Positions 8,453 to 17,877 of a stretch of DNA of 30,767 nt are shown piece after piece (the first letter of the stretch is position 1; each line of letters begins with the position of its first letter). The notes under the pieces are model-generated. The model did not search any database and was not told the DNA's origin. It was given only the letters and a program-made list of their open reading frames with translations. This DNA comes from Aquificaceae bacterium (GTDB lineage: Bacteria > Aquificota > Aquificia > Aquificales > Aquificaceae): NCBI GenBank assembly GCA_037924335.1, contig JAXSMZ010000019.1:1-30767 (forward strand). Direction: 5' to 3'. The translations under genes and the position numbers were made by a program.

Positions 8453-8464
8453 AGGAGGTAGAAC

Positions 8465-9307
8465 ATGAGAGTCTTGAATCTTCTCCTTTTGAGTCTATCA
8501 GTATTTTGTTTTTCTTTGGCTCAGGAGCTTGTATCCAAAAGAGTTTCAAAGGCCACCTTAGACCCTTTTGATAAGGTGTGGGATGAGGCAAAAGAGATAG
8601 AGGTTCCCCTTTCAGGACAGGCTGTTACCACACCAATGGACATTAAACCATCCATAACAAGCGTAAAAGTGAAAAGTATAAACGACGGCAAATATATAGC
8701 TTTCCTCCTAGTTTGGAAAGACTCAACTCAGGACAATTTCCATATCATAGGGAAATTCTCCGATGCTGTAGCTGTTCAGATACCTTACACACCCTCTGCT
8801 GACGTGCCTATAACTATGGGGGATAAAGGGCATAAGGTTCTTATACTCCACTGGACTGCAGCAAGACAAGAAAACATAGACCATAGCTATGCGGACGTTG
8901 CTAAGATATACCCCAATTCTGTGTACGATTGGTACCCTCATGCTACACCCCCTTACAAGTACCCTGAGGATTGGAACAATCAATACGCTCTTAATTACAT
9001 AGGTGGGGAGAAGGTCTTTAGGAAGAATACTTTGAGAACTCCCGTCAGAGAAGTAGTTGCAGAAGGTTTTGGCTCATCAACATGGAAGGATATACAGAGC
9101 GCAGAAGGTACGGGAGTCTACAAGGATGGAAAATGGTACGTAGTTATAAAAAGAGCCTTCGTAGAGGAGAACACAAGCAATCCCATATGGGGACCTGGTA
9201 AAGATACCTTTGTTACCTTTGCCATCTGGGATGGTTCTACCGGAGAGGTTGGAGCAAGAAAGGCTCTCAGCTACTCTTGGATACCTTTGAAGATAGAGGG
9301 TAAATAG
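8465..9307 (+). CDS. Periplasmic heme-b gamma subunit (EbdC/DOMON-like)
   Basis: Sec signal peptide; LVWKDST, FSDAVAVQIP, PITMG (candidate Met ligand), FAIWDGSTGEVGARK (candidate Lys ligand); third gene of the operon. Confidence 0.82.
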   Translation: MRVLNLLLLSLSVFCFSLAQELVSKRVSKATLDPFDKVWDEAKEIEVPLSGQAVTTPMDIKPSITSVKVKSINDGKYIAFLLVWKDSTQDNFHIIGKFSDAVAVQIPYTPSADVPITMGDKGHKVLILHWTAARQENIDHSYADVAKIYPNSVYDWYPHATPPYKYPEDWNNQYALNYIGGEKVFRKNTLRTPVREVVAEGFGSSTWKDIQSAEGTGVYKDGKWYVVIKRAFVEENTSNPIWGPGKDTFVTFAIWDGSTGEVGARKALSYSWIPLKIEGK

Positions 9308-9308
9308 C

Positions 9309-9971
9309 ATGTACAAGGCTTACATTTACAAATTTCTCTCTCTGGCCTTTTTCTATCCTTCTTTGGAGCTTCTTGAAGAGTTGGGAGAGGCTCTTGAAAA
9401 CCTCTCCCTCTCTTTAAAGGAGCTTTCTATAAATTTTGACGTTAAAGCCTTAGAGGACCTTATAAAAAGCTCTAAGGAAAGGATCTTAGAACTTCAGGGG
9501 GAGTGGAACGCTCTTTTTTCAACAAGCCTCAAAGCTCCAGCCAATGAAACAGCTTATGAGCTCGATAAGGCTGGGAGAAAAGCTTCAGAGTTGGCAGATA
9601 TAGAAGGCTTCTATAAGGCTTTTGGTATAGAAGTAAAGCCACCGGTAGAGCCAGATAGCATAGTGGCAGAGCTTGAGTTTATGAGTTATCTTCTTATGAA
9701 AAAGCTACACTTACAAAAGGCGGGTCTAAAGGAAGGAGTAGAAGTTGTGGAAAAAGCTTACAGGTCTTTCTTTAAAGACCATATCGGAAGATGGTACAGA
9801 ATTTTTACAGATCTTATAAAAGAGCATACAGAAGAGGAATACTATAAAGTAGTGGCATCCCTTTTGAGGGTTTTCTTAGATAGTCAAAGAGAGGGTATAG
9901 AGGGTATAAAGGATATAGAGGAGTACAGAAAGGAGGTTCTGGAAGGCGTAAGCTGGAAGTGTAGCTTTTAA
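9309..9971 (+). CDS. TorD/DmsD/NarJ-family molybdoenzyme maturation chaperone
   Basis: ELADIEGFYKAFG, EPDSIVAELEFMSYL, FFKDHIGRW; last gene of the operon. Confidence 0.88.
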   Translation: MYKAYIYKFLSLAFFYPSLELLEELGEALENLSLSLKELSINFDVKALEDLIKSSKERILELQGEWNALFSTSLKAPANETAYELDKAGRKASELADIEGFYKAFGIEVKPPVEPDSIVAELEFMSYLLMKKLHLQKAGLKEGVEVVEKAYRSFFKDHIGRWYRIFTDLIKEHTEEEYYKVVASLLRVFLDSQREGIEGIKDIEEYRKEVLEGVSWKCSF

Positions 9972-10540
9972 GAGCTTCTCCACCTTATATGCAGGTCGTG
10001 GTCTATTCTAAGAGAATCTAAAACCTTTCCTACGACAAAGTCAACCAGTTCCTGCAAGCTTTTCGGCTTGTGATAAAAACCTGGGCTTGCTGGCATAATT
10101 ATGGCTCCAGCCTTAGAAGCTTTCAGCATGTTCTCTATATGTATGAGGGATATGGGCGTTTCGCGAAGCAGAAGAACCAAAGGTACGCGCTCTTTTAAAG
10201 CTGTCTCACATACTCTGTGTATGAGATTTTTGTTTAAACCGTTTGCCACATATGCAAGAGTGCTCATAGAACATGGGGCTACAATAACCCCACTGTACTT
10301 GACTAACCTTGACCCACTCGCCACATGGCTGTCAATGCATCCATCTGGTATAAGATTTACATGAGGAAACATTTCTAGCATATCCTCAGGTGTTATATCC
10401 AGCTCTTCTCTCATAACCAAGCGGCCGGATGATGAAACTATGAGGTCTATTTGGAAATCTCTGTGCAGTAGCTCAACTAATCTGTAGCCATAGATGGAGC
10501 CGCTAGCCCCAGTTATGCATAGGACTATAGACCTTTTCAA
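9968..10540 (-). CDS. ubiX: Flavin prenyltransferase UbiX
   Basis: ITGASGSIYG, ASGS, APCSMSTLA, LKERVPLVLLLRETP, PASPGFYHKP. Confidence 0.95.
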   Translation of the reverse strand: MKRSIVLCITGASGSIYGYRLVELLHRDFQIDLIVSSSGRLVMREELDITPEDMLEMFPHVNLIPDGCIDSHVASGSRLVKYSGVIVAPCSMSTLAYVANGLNKNLIHRVCETALKERVPLVLLLRETPISLIHIENMLKASKAGAIIMPASPGFYHKPKSLQELVDFVVGKVLDSLRIDHDLHIRWRSS

Positions 10541-11328
10541 AGTTCCTCCTTGCTTATATAATACTGAAGTCTCTCTATACTTTTTGCCCTTCCAGAAGTT
10601 TCATCTATATGAGCTACAATGCCGTTGAAGACAAGGTCTCCCTTTTCCTCCACTTCATACTTCTTTGGAATACCCTTTAAAAATCTCTCTACTGCCTCTT
10701 TTGGCTTCATACCTATAACAGAGTACCAGCATCCGCTCATCCCTACGTCGGATATGTATCCAGTCCCATGCTTGAGTATAATCTGGTCAGCCGTTGGCAC
10801 ATGTGTATGAGTGCCAAAGACAAGACTAGCCCTTCCATCAACGTGTATGCCAAAAGCCCACTTTTCCGAGGTGGTTTCTGCATGAAAATCCACCAATATT
10901 ATCTTAGTCTCCTTAGAAACTTCCTCATAAATTCTGTTAAAGGAGATAAAGGGATTTTCTAGGTTTGGGTCAAGAAATACTCTCCCCATAAGGTTGATGA
11001 GAGCAAACTTAACTCCGTTCTTCTCAAAGATTCCGTATCCTTTCCCTGGAACACCATCTGGATAGTTAGCAGGCCTTAGAAGGTCTGGCATACTGTCTAT
11101 AAACTCATGAACCTCCTTTTTATCCCATATGTGATTTCCAGAGGTCATTAGGTCAACACCGTAGGATTTTAGCTCGCTGTAGACATCCTTTGTTAGACCA
11201 AACCCCCCCGCGGCATTCTCCACGTTCACTATAACGACGTCAAAAGTACCCCTAAGCTTTTCCAAAGCATACTTTAAAGCCCTTCTTCCAGGCTTACCTA
11301 TTATATCCCCAACGGCTAGAACTTTCAT
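10537..11328 (-). CDS. ymdB: YmdB-like metallophosphoesterase (TIGR00282 type)
   Basis: GDIIGKPGR, NVENAAGGFG, TSGNHIWD, DFHAETTSEK, GTHTHVPTAD. Confidence 0.93.
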   Translation of the reverse strand: MKVLAVGDIIGKPGRRALKYALEKLRGTFDVVIVNVENAAGGFGLTKDVYSELKSYGVDLMTSGNHIWDKKEVHEFIDSMPDLLRPANYPDGVPGKGYGIFEKNGVKFALINLMGRVFLDPNLENPFISFNRIYEEVSKETKIILVDFHAETTSEKWAFGIHVDGRASLVFGTHTHVPTADQIILKHGTGYISDVGMSGCWYSVIGMKPKEAVERFLKGIPKKYEVEEKGDLVFNGIVAHIDETSGRAKSIERLQYYISKEEL

Positions 11329-11338
11329 ATTCCCCTAA

Positions 11339-11422
11339 TGCGGGTGGAGGGAGTTGAACCCTCACGGAGCTTCCTCCACGGGATCCTGAGTCCCGCGCGT
11401 CTTCCAGTTCCGCCACACCCGC
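11339..11422 (-). tRNA. tRNA-Leu(CAG)
   Basis: Reverse complement folds as a class II tRNA: acceptor GCGGGTG/CACCCGC-A, anticodon arm CGGGA-CT CAG GA-TCCCG, long variable arm, T-loop GGTTCAACTCC; CCA not encoded. Confidence 0.95.
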
Positions 11423-11453
11423 TCATAGAACTACCCTTATAAAAACTAAAGTT

Positions 11454-12515
11454 TTAAAACCTTACAAGAACTTTAAAACCCTGTCCTGATGGTGGTTTAA
11501 AATCTGGAGTCTGCTGTTGCACATCCTTATACTTACCCTTTAGACTATCTATAAGGGGAGCCGATGAAGAAGTATAACCTTCCAAAAGGATGCCCTGTCT
11601 GTCATAATGCACGCTTATCAGTTTAGTATTTTTGGGGATGTATTCCACGAGGGATGCAAACTCATCCATGAAGCCCTTGCTTTGTAGGAGAGCTATAAGC
11701 ATCCTTTTCCTTTCTACATCCCTGAGTTTGCTCTCATACCTTTCTACAAGAGGTTGAAGCTTATCTATCTCTTCGTTCGCTCTGCTTAACTTACTTTTTA
11801 TCTTATAAAGGTCAAAGAGCATAGCTCCAGAGGATGTAAAAAGAAACAGTATAGAGAGAGCCAAAGCGTAAACATGCTTCTTCGTGATCCTAACTGGGAA
11901 GGACTTACGTCCATCGTAAAAGCTTAGCTCCAAGGCTTCACCTCTTAAAAGTATATCAAGGGCTTTACACGCCAAGGCAAAATCATCCTGTAGAACCTGA
12001 TCCTTTTCAGCCATGCTCAAACCTTCTAAAAGTACAGTGTCTTTTACCTTATCATGCTCAATGGTGGCTCTCTCGTAAAGGTCATCTCCAAACCTTCTTA
12101 CAACCTTACTCCTTCCCAAAAACCTGTAAAGCAACGGTGAAGGAATTAGGAACTTGACCCTTTGCATGCTCAAAATTTCATCATAGAAGGACTGGGGTAT
12201 GGCATATATTAGGCATTCTATCCCATCATCTTCATAACCCAGTTGGTCCACTATAACTCTCAGGTCTGCTTTTGTAGGAAAGATCTCCTCTATGTTCAAT
12301 AAAACTGCTTCCTGCAGGTTTTCAATAGCCTCTTTTGGCAGTCTGTACTTTCTAACCAAAAGCATATCCCTTCCTATGGCAACACCTATGTTATGACCTT
12401 TATAGGATTCTTTTAGTTCCTGCATGCTCTCAAAGCGTACTTTTTTATCACCGAGGCATGCATAGACACCACCTTTCTTTATCTCTATCCCTAAAGATGG
12501 TCTTCTGAGCTTCAT
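11454..12515 (-). CDS. GspL/PilN-like membrane protein (cytoplasmic domain, single TM, coiled coil, PilN-like C-terminus)
   Basis: N-terminal LGIEI beta strand, TM around aa 215-235, coiled coil, C-terminal IPKNTKL...ILLEGYTSS pattern. Confidence 0.55.
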   Translation of the reverse strand: MKLRRPSLGIEIKKGGVYACLGDKKVRFESMQELKESYKGHNIGVAIGRDMLLVRKYRLPKEAIENLQEAVLLNIEEIFPTKADLRVIVDQLGYEDDGIECLIYAIPQSFYDEILSMQRVKFLIPSPLLYRFLGRSKVVRRFGDDLYERATIEHDKVKDTVLLEGLSMAEKDQVLQDDFALACKALDILLRGEALELSFYDGRKSFPVRITKKHVYALALSILFLFTSSGAMLFDLYKIKSKLSRANEEIDKLQPLVERYESKLRDVERKRMLIALLQSKGFMDEFASLVEYIPKNTKLISVHYDRQGILLEGYTSSSAPLIDSLKGKYKDVQQQTPDFKPPSGQGFKVLVRF

Positions 12516-14218
12516 ATTTCAAAGTCTCTTAGGTATTTAGACCTTGCTGGATGTCTCAGCTTCCTTATAGCCTTTGTCTCTATCTGTCTTATCCTCTCCC
12601 TCGTCACGTTGAACATCTTTCCTATCTGTTCTAATGTATACTCTGTCCCATCGACAAGCCCGTACCTGTACATGAGTATCTCCTTTTCCTTCTCTCCGAG
12701 TGTTGATAACACCCTAACTAACTGTTCCCTTAAAAGCCTTCTTGATACTTGCTCCTCTGGTGACAGAACGCTTTTGTCCTCTATGAAATCCTTCAGATGA
12801 GTGTCCTCATCGTCCCCTATCGGTGTTTCAAGAGATATGGGTTCTTGAGATGTTCTCATCACCCTTCTGGCCTTCTCTGCAGATATGCCAAGGTGTTTTG
12901 CAACTTCTTCTGGAAAGGGTTCTCTTCCAAGCTCTTGAAAGAGTTTTTTATGTGCCTTAGTTATATCGTTTATAGTTTCTATCATGTGAACGGGTATCCT
13001 TATGGTTCTTGCCTGGTCTGCTATCGCCCTTGTTATGGCTTGCCTTATCCACCACGTGGCATAAGTGGAAAATTTATACCCCTTCCTGTAATCGTACTTA
13101 TCGACGGCTTTCATAAGCCCCATGTTACCCTCTTGTATGAGGTCCAGAAAGTGTAGCCCTCTGTTTACATACCTCTTGGCTATAGATACTACAAGCCTCA
13201 AGTTGCATTTTACCATAACCTGCTTTGCTTTTGTTACCTTTGTCCTTCCTTCCTTTATTATCCGCATAACCCTCTCCAATTCTTCTGGTAGGACGCCAAG
13301 CTCTCTCCTAAGCTCCTTTATCTCACCCTCTATAGCTAAGTATTCGCTTCTCAGAACTTGAAACTTGGCAAAGCTGTAGCCTGCTCTCTCTGCTCTTGCC
13401 TGAAGGTCGCTTCTATGGTCATAGAACCTTATCAATTCCTCCACGTCTGGATGAATGCTCTCAAGTTTCTTTTTCCTTATCTCATACTCCCTTAACCTTC
13501 TGTTGTACTTATTGTATAAATTCAAGAGCTCATCAGCTATCTTTTCAAATTTGGAATACTTTAGTTTCATGCTTTTCAATATCTTATTCATTCTGGCATG
13601 CTTTATCAGATATGCCTTCTTGTACTCTGGTATGCTGTAGTTAAGATACAGCTCTCTCCAGCTCAAGGCCTCTTTGTATGCCTTTGCAAGCTCAAGCCCC
13701 CTCTCTATAAAGTATCTTTCTAAATGTTCATGGCTCTCCTCATACTCTTCTACTGTCTTGCTTTCATCCATTGTGTCCATAAGGTCTGATGCCTTTGCCT
13801 TTCCATTGCACACATTCCCCCACTCTCTTAACACCCTATCTATTAGGAAAGAGGTTCTAAGCAGACCCCTTCTCATTATCTTTCTCCCCATCTCTATCTG
13901 TTTTGCGTACATTATCTCCTCTTCTCTTTTGAGCAAGTCTATCTTCCCCATTTACCTAAGGTAAAGCTTGACTGGGTCGCCGTCGCTTGTCGATAGGAAG
14001 AGGTTGCCCGTTGAAACGGTGAATTCATCCTCCTTATCTTCTGTAAACTCATCACTCTCAACGATCCTCACTCCCCTTTCCTGAAGAAAATCCATGATCT
14101 CCTCATAAACTTCCGAATCTACAAAACCCTCACCCAAAAGTTCGTTGATCTCTCCGTAAGTGACATAGCCCTTCTCTCCAAGTTCAATAAGCTTTCCTAT
14201 CTGTTCCTTGCTCAGCAT
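12512..14218 (-). CDS. rpoD: Primary sigma factor RpoD, interrupted by an in-frame TAA at 13954..13952 (ORFs 13952..14218 and 12512..13951)
   Basis: Region 1.1 ([15 protein letters not shown]) and [15 protein letters not shown] are read in one frame; [79 protein letters not shown] upstream of 14218. Confidence 0.95.
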
Positions 14219-14247
14219 ACCTTAACCTCCTTAAGATAAACATTTTT

Positions 14248-14275
14248 AATATATGTTTCCATGCTCCTTTGACAA
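14248..14275 (-). promoter_or_regulatory. Possible sigma70 promoter for rpoD
   Basis: TTGTCA (14275..14270)-N16-TATATT (14253..14248) on the minus strand. Confidence 0.4.
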
Positions 14276-14279
14276 TATG

Positions 14280-14798
14280 TTAAAAAACAAAGTGAGCAAA
14301 GTCATCGATGGACCTCTTTGGAGGCGAAACAGCCTCCTCTGCCGGATACCCTAAAGTCAGAATGGCAACTGGCTTCCACGCTCCAGGAACGTTCAGATAC
14401 TGTTTTAGCTCCTTATCATCAAAAGCACCAACCCAACAGCTTCCAATACCAAGAGCTGTAGCCGCAAGTTGAGCATAGGCGCATGCTATTGTGGCATCTT
14501 GCAAGCAGTATAGGTCTGCTCCCCTCTTCCCATACCTCCATACGTTCCTTTCTGGGTTTGCAAAGAATACAAGGACTACTGGCGCTTCAGCTATGAACCA
14601 CTGGTTTAGAGCAAACTTCGAGAGTAGTTCCTTCTTCTTCTCATCAAAAACAAGGATGACCTCAAAGGCTTGCAAGTTTCCTGCTGAAGGTGCCATACCT
14701 GCAGCGCTCAGTATAAGCTTCAACTTTTCCTCCTCAATGGGCTTTCTCTGATAGGCTCTGACTGAGTGTCTCTTTTCTAGAACTTCAAAGAACTCCAT
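14280..14798 (-). CDS. Nitroreductase family protein
   Basis: KRHSVRAY, APSAGNLQ, LGIGSCWVGAF, LTLGYP. Confidence 0.92.
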   Translation of the reverse strand: MEFFEVLEKRHSVRAYQRKPIEEEKLKLILSAAGMAPSAGNLQAFEVILVFDEKKKELLSKFALNQWFIAEAPVVLVFFANPERNVWRYGKRGADLYCLQDATIACAYAQLAATALGIGSCWVGAFDDKELKQYLNVPGAWKPVAILTLGYPAEEAVSPPKRSIDDFAHFVF

Positions 14799-15426
14799 CT
14801 TCTAAAATCTCCATAACTTCCTCATCCTCTACCTGATGAAAATCTTTATAAAACATACCTACTGCAAAACTAGGCTCATGGGATACGTGATAACAGTAAA
14901 CCTCATCTGCGTAAATTCTTAGCTTCTTCTCTGTGTCTGAAGGGCAAACAGGGGAAGCAACGACCACCTTCTTTGCACCCTTTCTTTTCACAAAGTTAAC
15001 GCTTGCTATCATAGTGTAACCAGTTGCAAGCCCATCATCCACCAAGATGACCTCTCTATCCTTTAGCTCTGGCATCCCCTTTTTTATAAACTTCTTTTCC
15101 CTTTCTTTTATCTTTGTTAGCTCTTCTTGTACAACCTTTTTTATATCCTCCTCCGAGAGTTCAAAGTACTCTATTGTTCTTTTGTCTAAGTAAACTTCTC
15201 CATCTGGGTCCACTGCACCAAAGGCAAGCTCTGGATTTGATGGTACTCCAAGCTTTCTCACTATAACAATCCCCATGGGTAAATTCAAAACTCTTGACAC
15301 TTCCTTTGATACAAGAACTCCCCCCCTTGGTATACCAAGAACTATAGGGTTCATCTCTTTGTCTATCTTATCCTTTATGTACTCTCCTAGCAATCTCCCT
15401 GCGGATGTCCTATCCTGAAAGACCAT
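14785..15426 (-). CDS. Phosphoribosyltransferase family protein
   Basis: FQDRTSAGRLL, LGIPRGGV, VRKLGVPSNPELAFGA, PRPP motif VILVDDGLATGYT. Confidence 0.9.
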   Translation of the reverse strand: MVFQDRTSAGRLLGEYIKDKIDKEMNPIVLGIPRGGVLVSKEVSRVLNLPMGIVIVRKLGVPSNPELAFGAVDPDGEVYLDKRTIEYFELSEEDIKKVVQEELTKIKEREKKFIKKGMPELKDREVILVDDGLATGYTMIASVNFVKRKGAKKVVVASPVCPSDTEKKLRIYADEVYCYHVSHEPSFAVGMFYKDFHQVEDEEVMEILEDGVL

Positions 15427-15440
15427 TTAAATTTAAATAT

Positions 15441-15734
15441 ATGAGCAAACACAGGAAAAACAAGGTAAAGCTTGAGCATGCTTTACTGGATGGGTTAGAG
15501 GAGCACCTTAGCATACTTTCAAGCTTTCAATGCGTAGATAGCATAATACCAGGAAGGATCTCAAGGCAGAACAAAGGGAGGGGTTCAAAGGGTATCTTTA
15601 TCAAGTACAGGACAAGGTCTGGCTTTAAGCTACTCTACAAGAGCGGCAGCTCTGTTCAAGAAGTCTTTGTAGTGTGCAGTAAACACGATGAGTTTGAAAG
15701 CATGTTTAAGAAAGCTTACAGAATTCAATCATAG
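15441..15734 (+). CDS. Small basic conserved protein, DUF2103-like; start likely 15441 rather than 15405
   Basis: KLEHALLDGL, SIIPGRI, SGFKLLYKSGSSVQEVFVV pattern; the ATG at 15441 avoids head-to-head overlap with the PRTase. Confidence 0.7.
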   Translation: MSKHRKNKVKLEHALLDGLEEHLSILSSFQCVDSIIPGRISRQNKGRGSKGIFIKYRTRSGFKLLYKSGSSVQEVFVVCSKHDEFESMFKKAYRIQS

Positions 15735-16386
15735 CTCTGTGTATGAGAAGGGGTTCATACGTGCCTATGTCCTGCAAAAGCCAACCATCCCCACCCGTGA
15801 TTATCAATGAAAGATCTCTGCCGTAGCACTCTTTGGCTTCTTGAAAAAAACTCAATACAAAACTTCTTGCCTCTTTGAGTATACCACCTACGATGGCTGT
15901 TTCTGTATCTTCTCCTATGGCTACATCAAGCCTTCTCAGCTTCATTTCTGGTATTAGCTCTGCCCTTTCTGTCAAACATCTAAGCTTTCCAGACAGTCCA
16001 AGGGTTATAAATCCTCCTCTGAAAGTTCCATCCACAAGAAGGTCCAGAACCATAGCAGTTCCACAACTCACAACCAGAGAGTTTTCAGAGTAGAAGAGCA
16101 TGGCACCGTAAAGGTTCAAAAGCCTATCTACTCCTACTTTCTCCTTACCTTCAAAGGATACTCTAAGAGGAACATCCTTTGGCTCTATAAAGTGAACATC
16201 TTCAAAGAGCCTCTCAACGACAGGGTTAAAAGAAGGTTTCACAGAAGCTACGCAAATCCTGTCATACTTTCCCTTTAGCTTTTGAACATCCTCGTGTAAA
16301 AACTTTCCAAGGCTTCTAAGACCCCCTTCACCAAAGATGCAAGCATCCACTGTGGTGTTTCCCACATCAAGAGTTAGGATTTTCAT
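15706..16386 (-). CDS. coaX: Type III pantothenate kinase; start likely 16386
   Basis: LDVGNTT, VGVDRLL, SCGTA, FRGGFI, TGGDG. Confidence 0.92.
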   Translation of the reverse strand: MKILTLDVGNTTVDACIFGEGGLRSLGKFLHEDVQKLKGKYDRICVASVKPSFNPVVERLFEDVHFIEPKDVPLRVSFEGKEKVGVDRLLNLYGAMLFYSENSLVVSCGTAMVLDLLVDGTFRGGFITLGLSGKLRCLTERAELIPEMKLRRLDVAIGEDTETAIVGGILKEARSFVLSFFQEAKECYGRDLSLIITGGDGWLLQDIGTYEPLLIHRAMIEFCKLS

Positions 16387-17269
16387 AAACCTTAACTCCC
16401 TCTGTATCCACATTCAGGACAACGTACTTGGCCTTTACTCTCTCTCTCTCAAAAGCTTCAATCATAGCCATCCCAACATCATGAAAGTTCTCCTTGCAAA
16501 AGCTCGCCACAGATGGTCCTGCACCGCTTAAAAAAACAGCCAAAGCCCCCATTCTGTAAGCCTCCTCCACAACAGAATAAAAACCGGGTATAAGCTTGGC
16601 TCTGTAGGGTTGGTGAAGTCTGTCCTTTACAGCTTCTCTTAAAAGGTCGTACCTTCCAATGCATATGGATGCGACAAGAAGGCTCGCTCTTTGAATGTTT
16701 TTCACAGCATCTTGAAGGCTCACATCTTTCTTTATGACTTCCCTTGCTCTCTGAGTAGAAAGTTCAAAGTCCGGTACTGCAACAACAACCTTTATTTCCT
16801 TTGGAAAATCGAGCTTCGTAAAGATTATCCTTTCATCATCTGAAGCGCATACCACAAAGTTTCCAATCAAAGCAGGAAGCACATTGTCTGGATGAGGCTC
16901 AAGGGAGAGAGCCACTTTCAGCTTTTCCTCCAAGCTCATACTCCTTTTTTTAATCCTCTCGCAGGCAATGATTCCACCGACTATTGCTATAGCTGATGAA
17001 CCAAGACCCCTACCCGTCGGTACGCTATTTCTCTGAAGGACCCTTAGAGGTGTTGGCTCTACACCCAAGAAGTCACACCCCTTTTTGTAAGCTTTTATAA
17101 AGAGGTTTTTCTCGTCCCTTGGGAGGCCTTCTCCTTCACCCTCCACATGAACGGAGAAGCTCTCTGCTGGCTCAACGATAAACTCGTTATAAAGATCAAG
17201 CGCCAAACCAAAGGTATCAAAGCCGCATCCAAGATTGCTCGTACTAGCTGGAACAACTATCCTCAGCAT
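16367..17269 (-). CDS. thrB: Homoserine kinase
   Basis: VPASTSNLGCGFDTFG, GHMP motif PTGRGLGSS, EPHPDN, DRLHQPYR, LSGAGPS. Confidence 0.96.
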   Translation of the reverse strand: MLRIVVPASTSNLGCGFDTFGLALDLYNEFIVEPAESFSVHVEGEGEGLPRDEKNLFIKAYKKGCDFLGVEPTPLRVLQRNSVPTGRGLGSSAIAIVGGIIACERIKKRSMSLEEKLKVALSLEPHPDNVLPALIGNFVVCASDDERIIFTKLDFPKEIKVVVAVPDFELSTQRAREVIKKDVSLQDAVKNIQRASLLVASICIGRYDLLREAVKDRLHQPYRAKLIPGFYSVVEEAYRMGALAVFLSGAGPSVASFCKENFHDVGMAMIEAFERERVKAKYVVLNVDTEGVKVYENPNS

Positions 17270-17292
17270 AGAAATATCTTATAATAGAAGCT

Positions 17293-17877
17293 ATGGATTC
17301 TGTTCTTCTTATAATCTTTGCTTATCTCCTTGGTTCCATCCTCTTCGGTGAGCATATAGCAAAAAGGAAAGGCATAGACCTTCGCACTGTGGGAAGTGGC
17401 AACGTAGGAGCTACAAACGTGGGAAGAGTCCTTGGAAAAAAGTACGCCCTTTTGGTGTTTTTTCTAGATATGCTAAAAGGTCTCTTCCCAATGCTTCTTG
17501 CAAGGCTTTACTTTGGGCTGGACTCTTGGACCACCTCCCTGGTTGGAGTTGCCAGTTTTTTGGGGCATCTATACCCTGCCTTTCATGGTTTTAAGGGTGG
17601 GAAGGGAGTTGCAACGGCCTTTGGTGTCCTTTTTGGTATATCTCCCCTTGCGTCATCCTTATGCCTTGTTCTTTGGTTCCTAGTTTTCAAGCTAAAGGGG
17701 TACGTATCCTTTGCATCACTTTCATCCTCTGCCTTTGCTCCCATCCTCCTTTTAATCATTGGCTATCCCATAAAGATCTTCCTTGCAGCCCTATTTATAG
17801 CCCTCTTCATATTGTACAAGCATAGGGATAACATAAACAGGCTTCTTATGGGTCAAGAGCACAGATTCAGTAAGTGA
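17293..17877 (+). CDS. plsY: Glycerol-3-phosphate acyltransferase PlsY
   Basis: YLLGSI, GSGNVGATNVGR, GHLYP, FKGGKGVATA, HRDNINRL. Confidence 0.96.
   Translation: MDSVLLIIFAYLLGSILFGEHIAKRKGIDLRTVGSGNVGATNVGRVLGKKYALLVFFLDMLKGLFPMLLARLYFGLDSWTTSLVGVASFLGHLYPAFHGFKGGKGVATAFGVLFGISPLASSLCLVLWFLVFKLKGYVSFASLSSSAFAPILLLIIGYPIKIFLAALFIALFILYKHRDNINRLLMGQEHRFSK

Noticed and set aside
9968..9971. Convergent genes with overlapping stops (also 25290-25293 and 15706-15734)
   Set aside because: Ordinary for a very compact genome; no added structure.
11339..11422. tRNA-Leu as an integration site for an island
   Set aside because: No integrase and no duplicated tRNA 3' end seen in the window; flanks are housekeeping genes.
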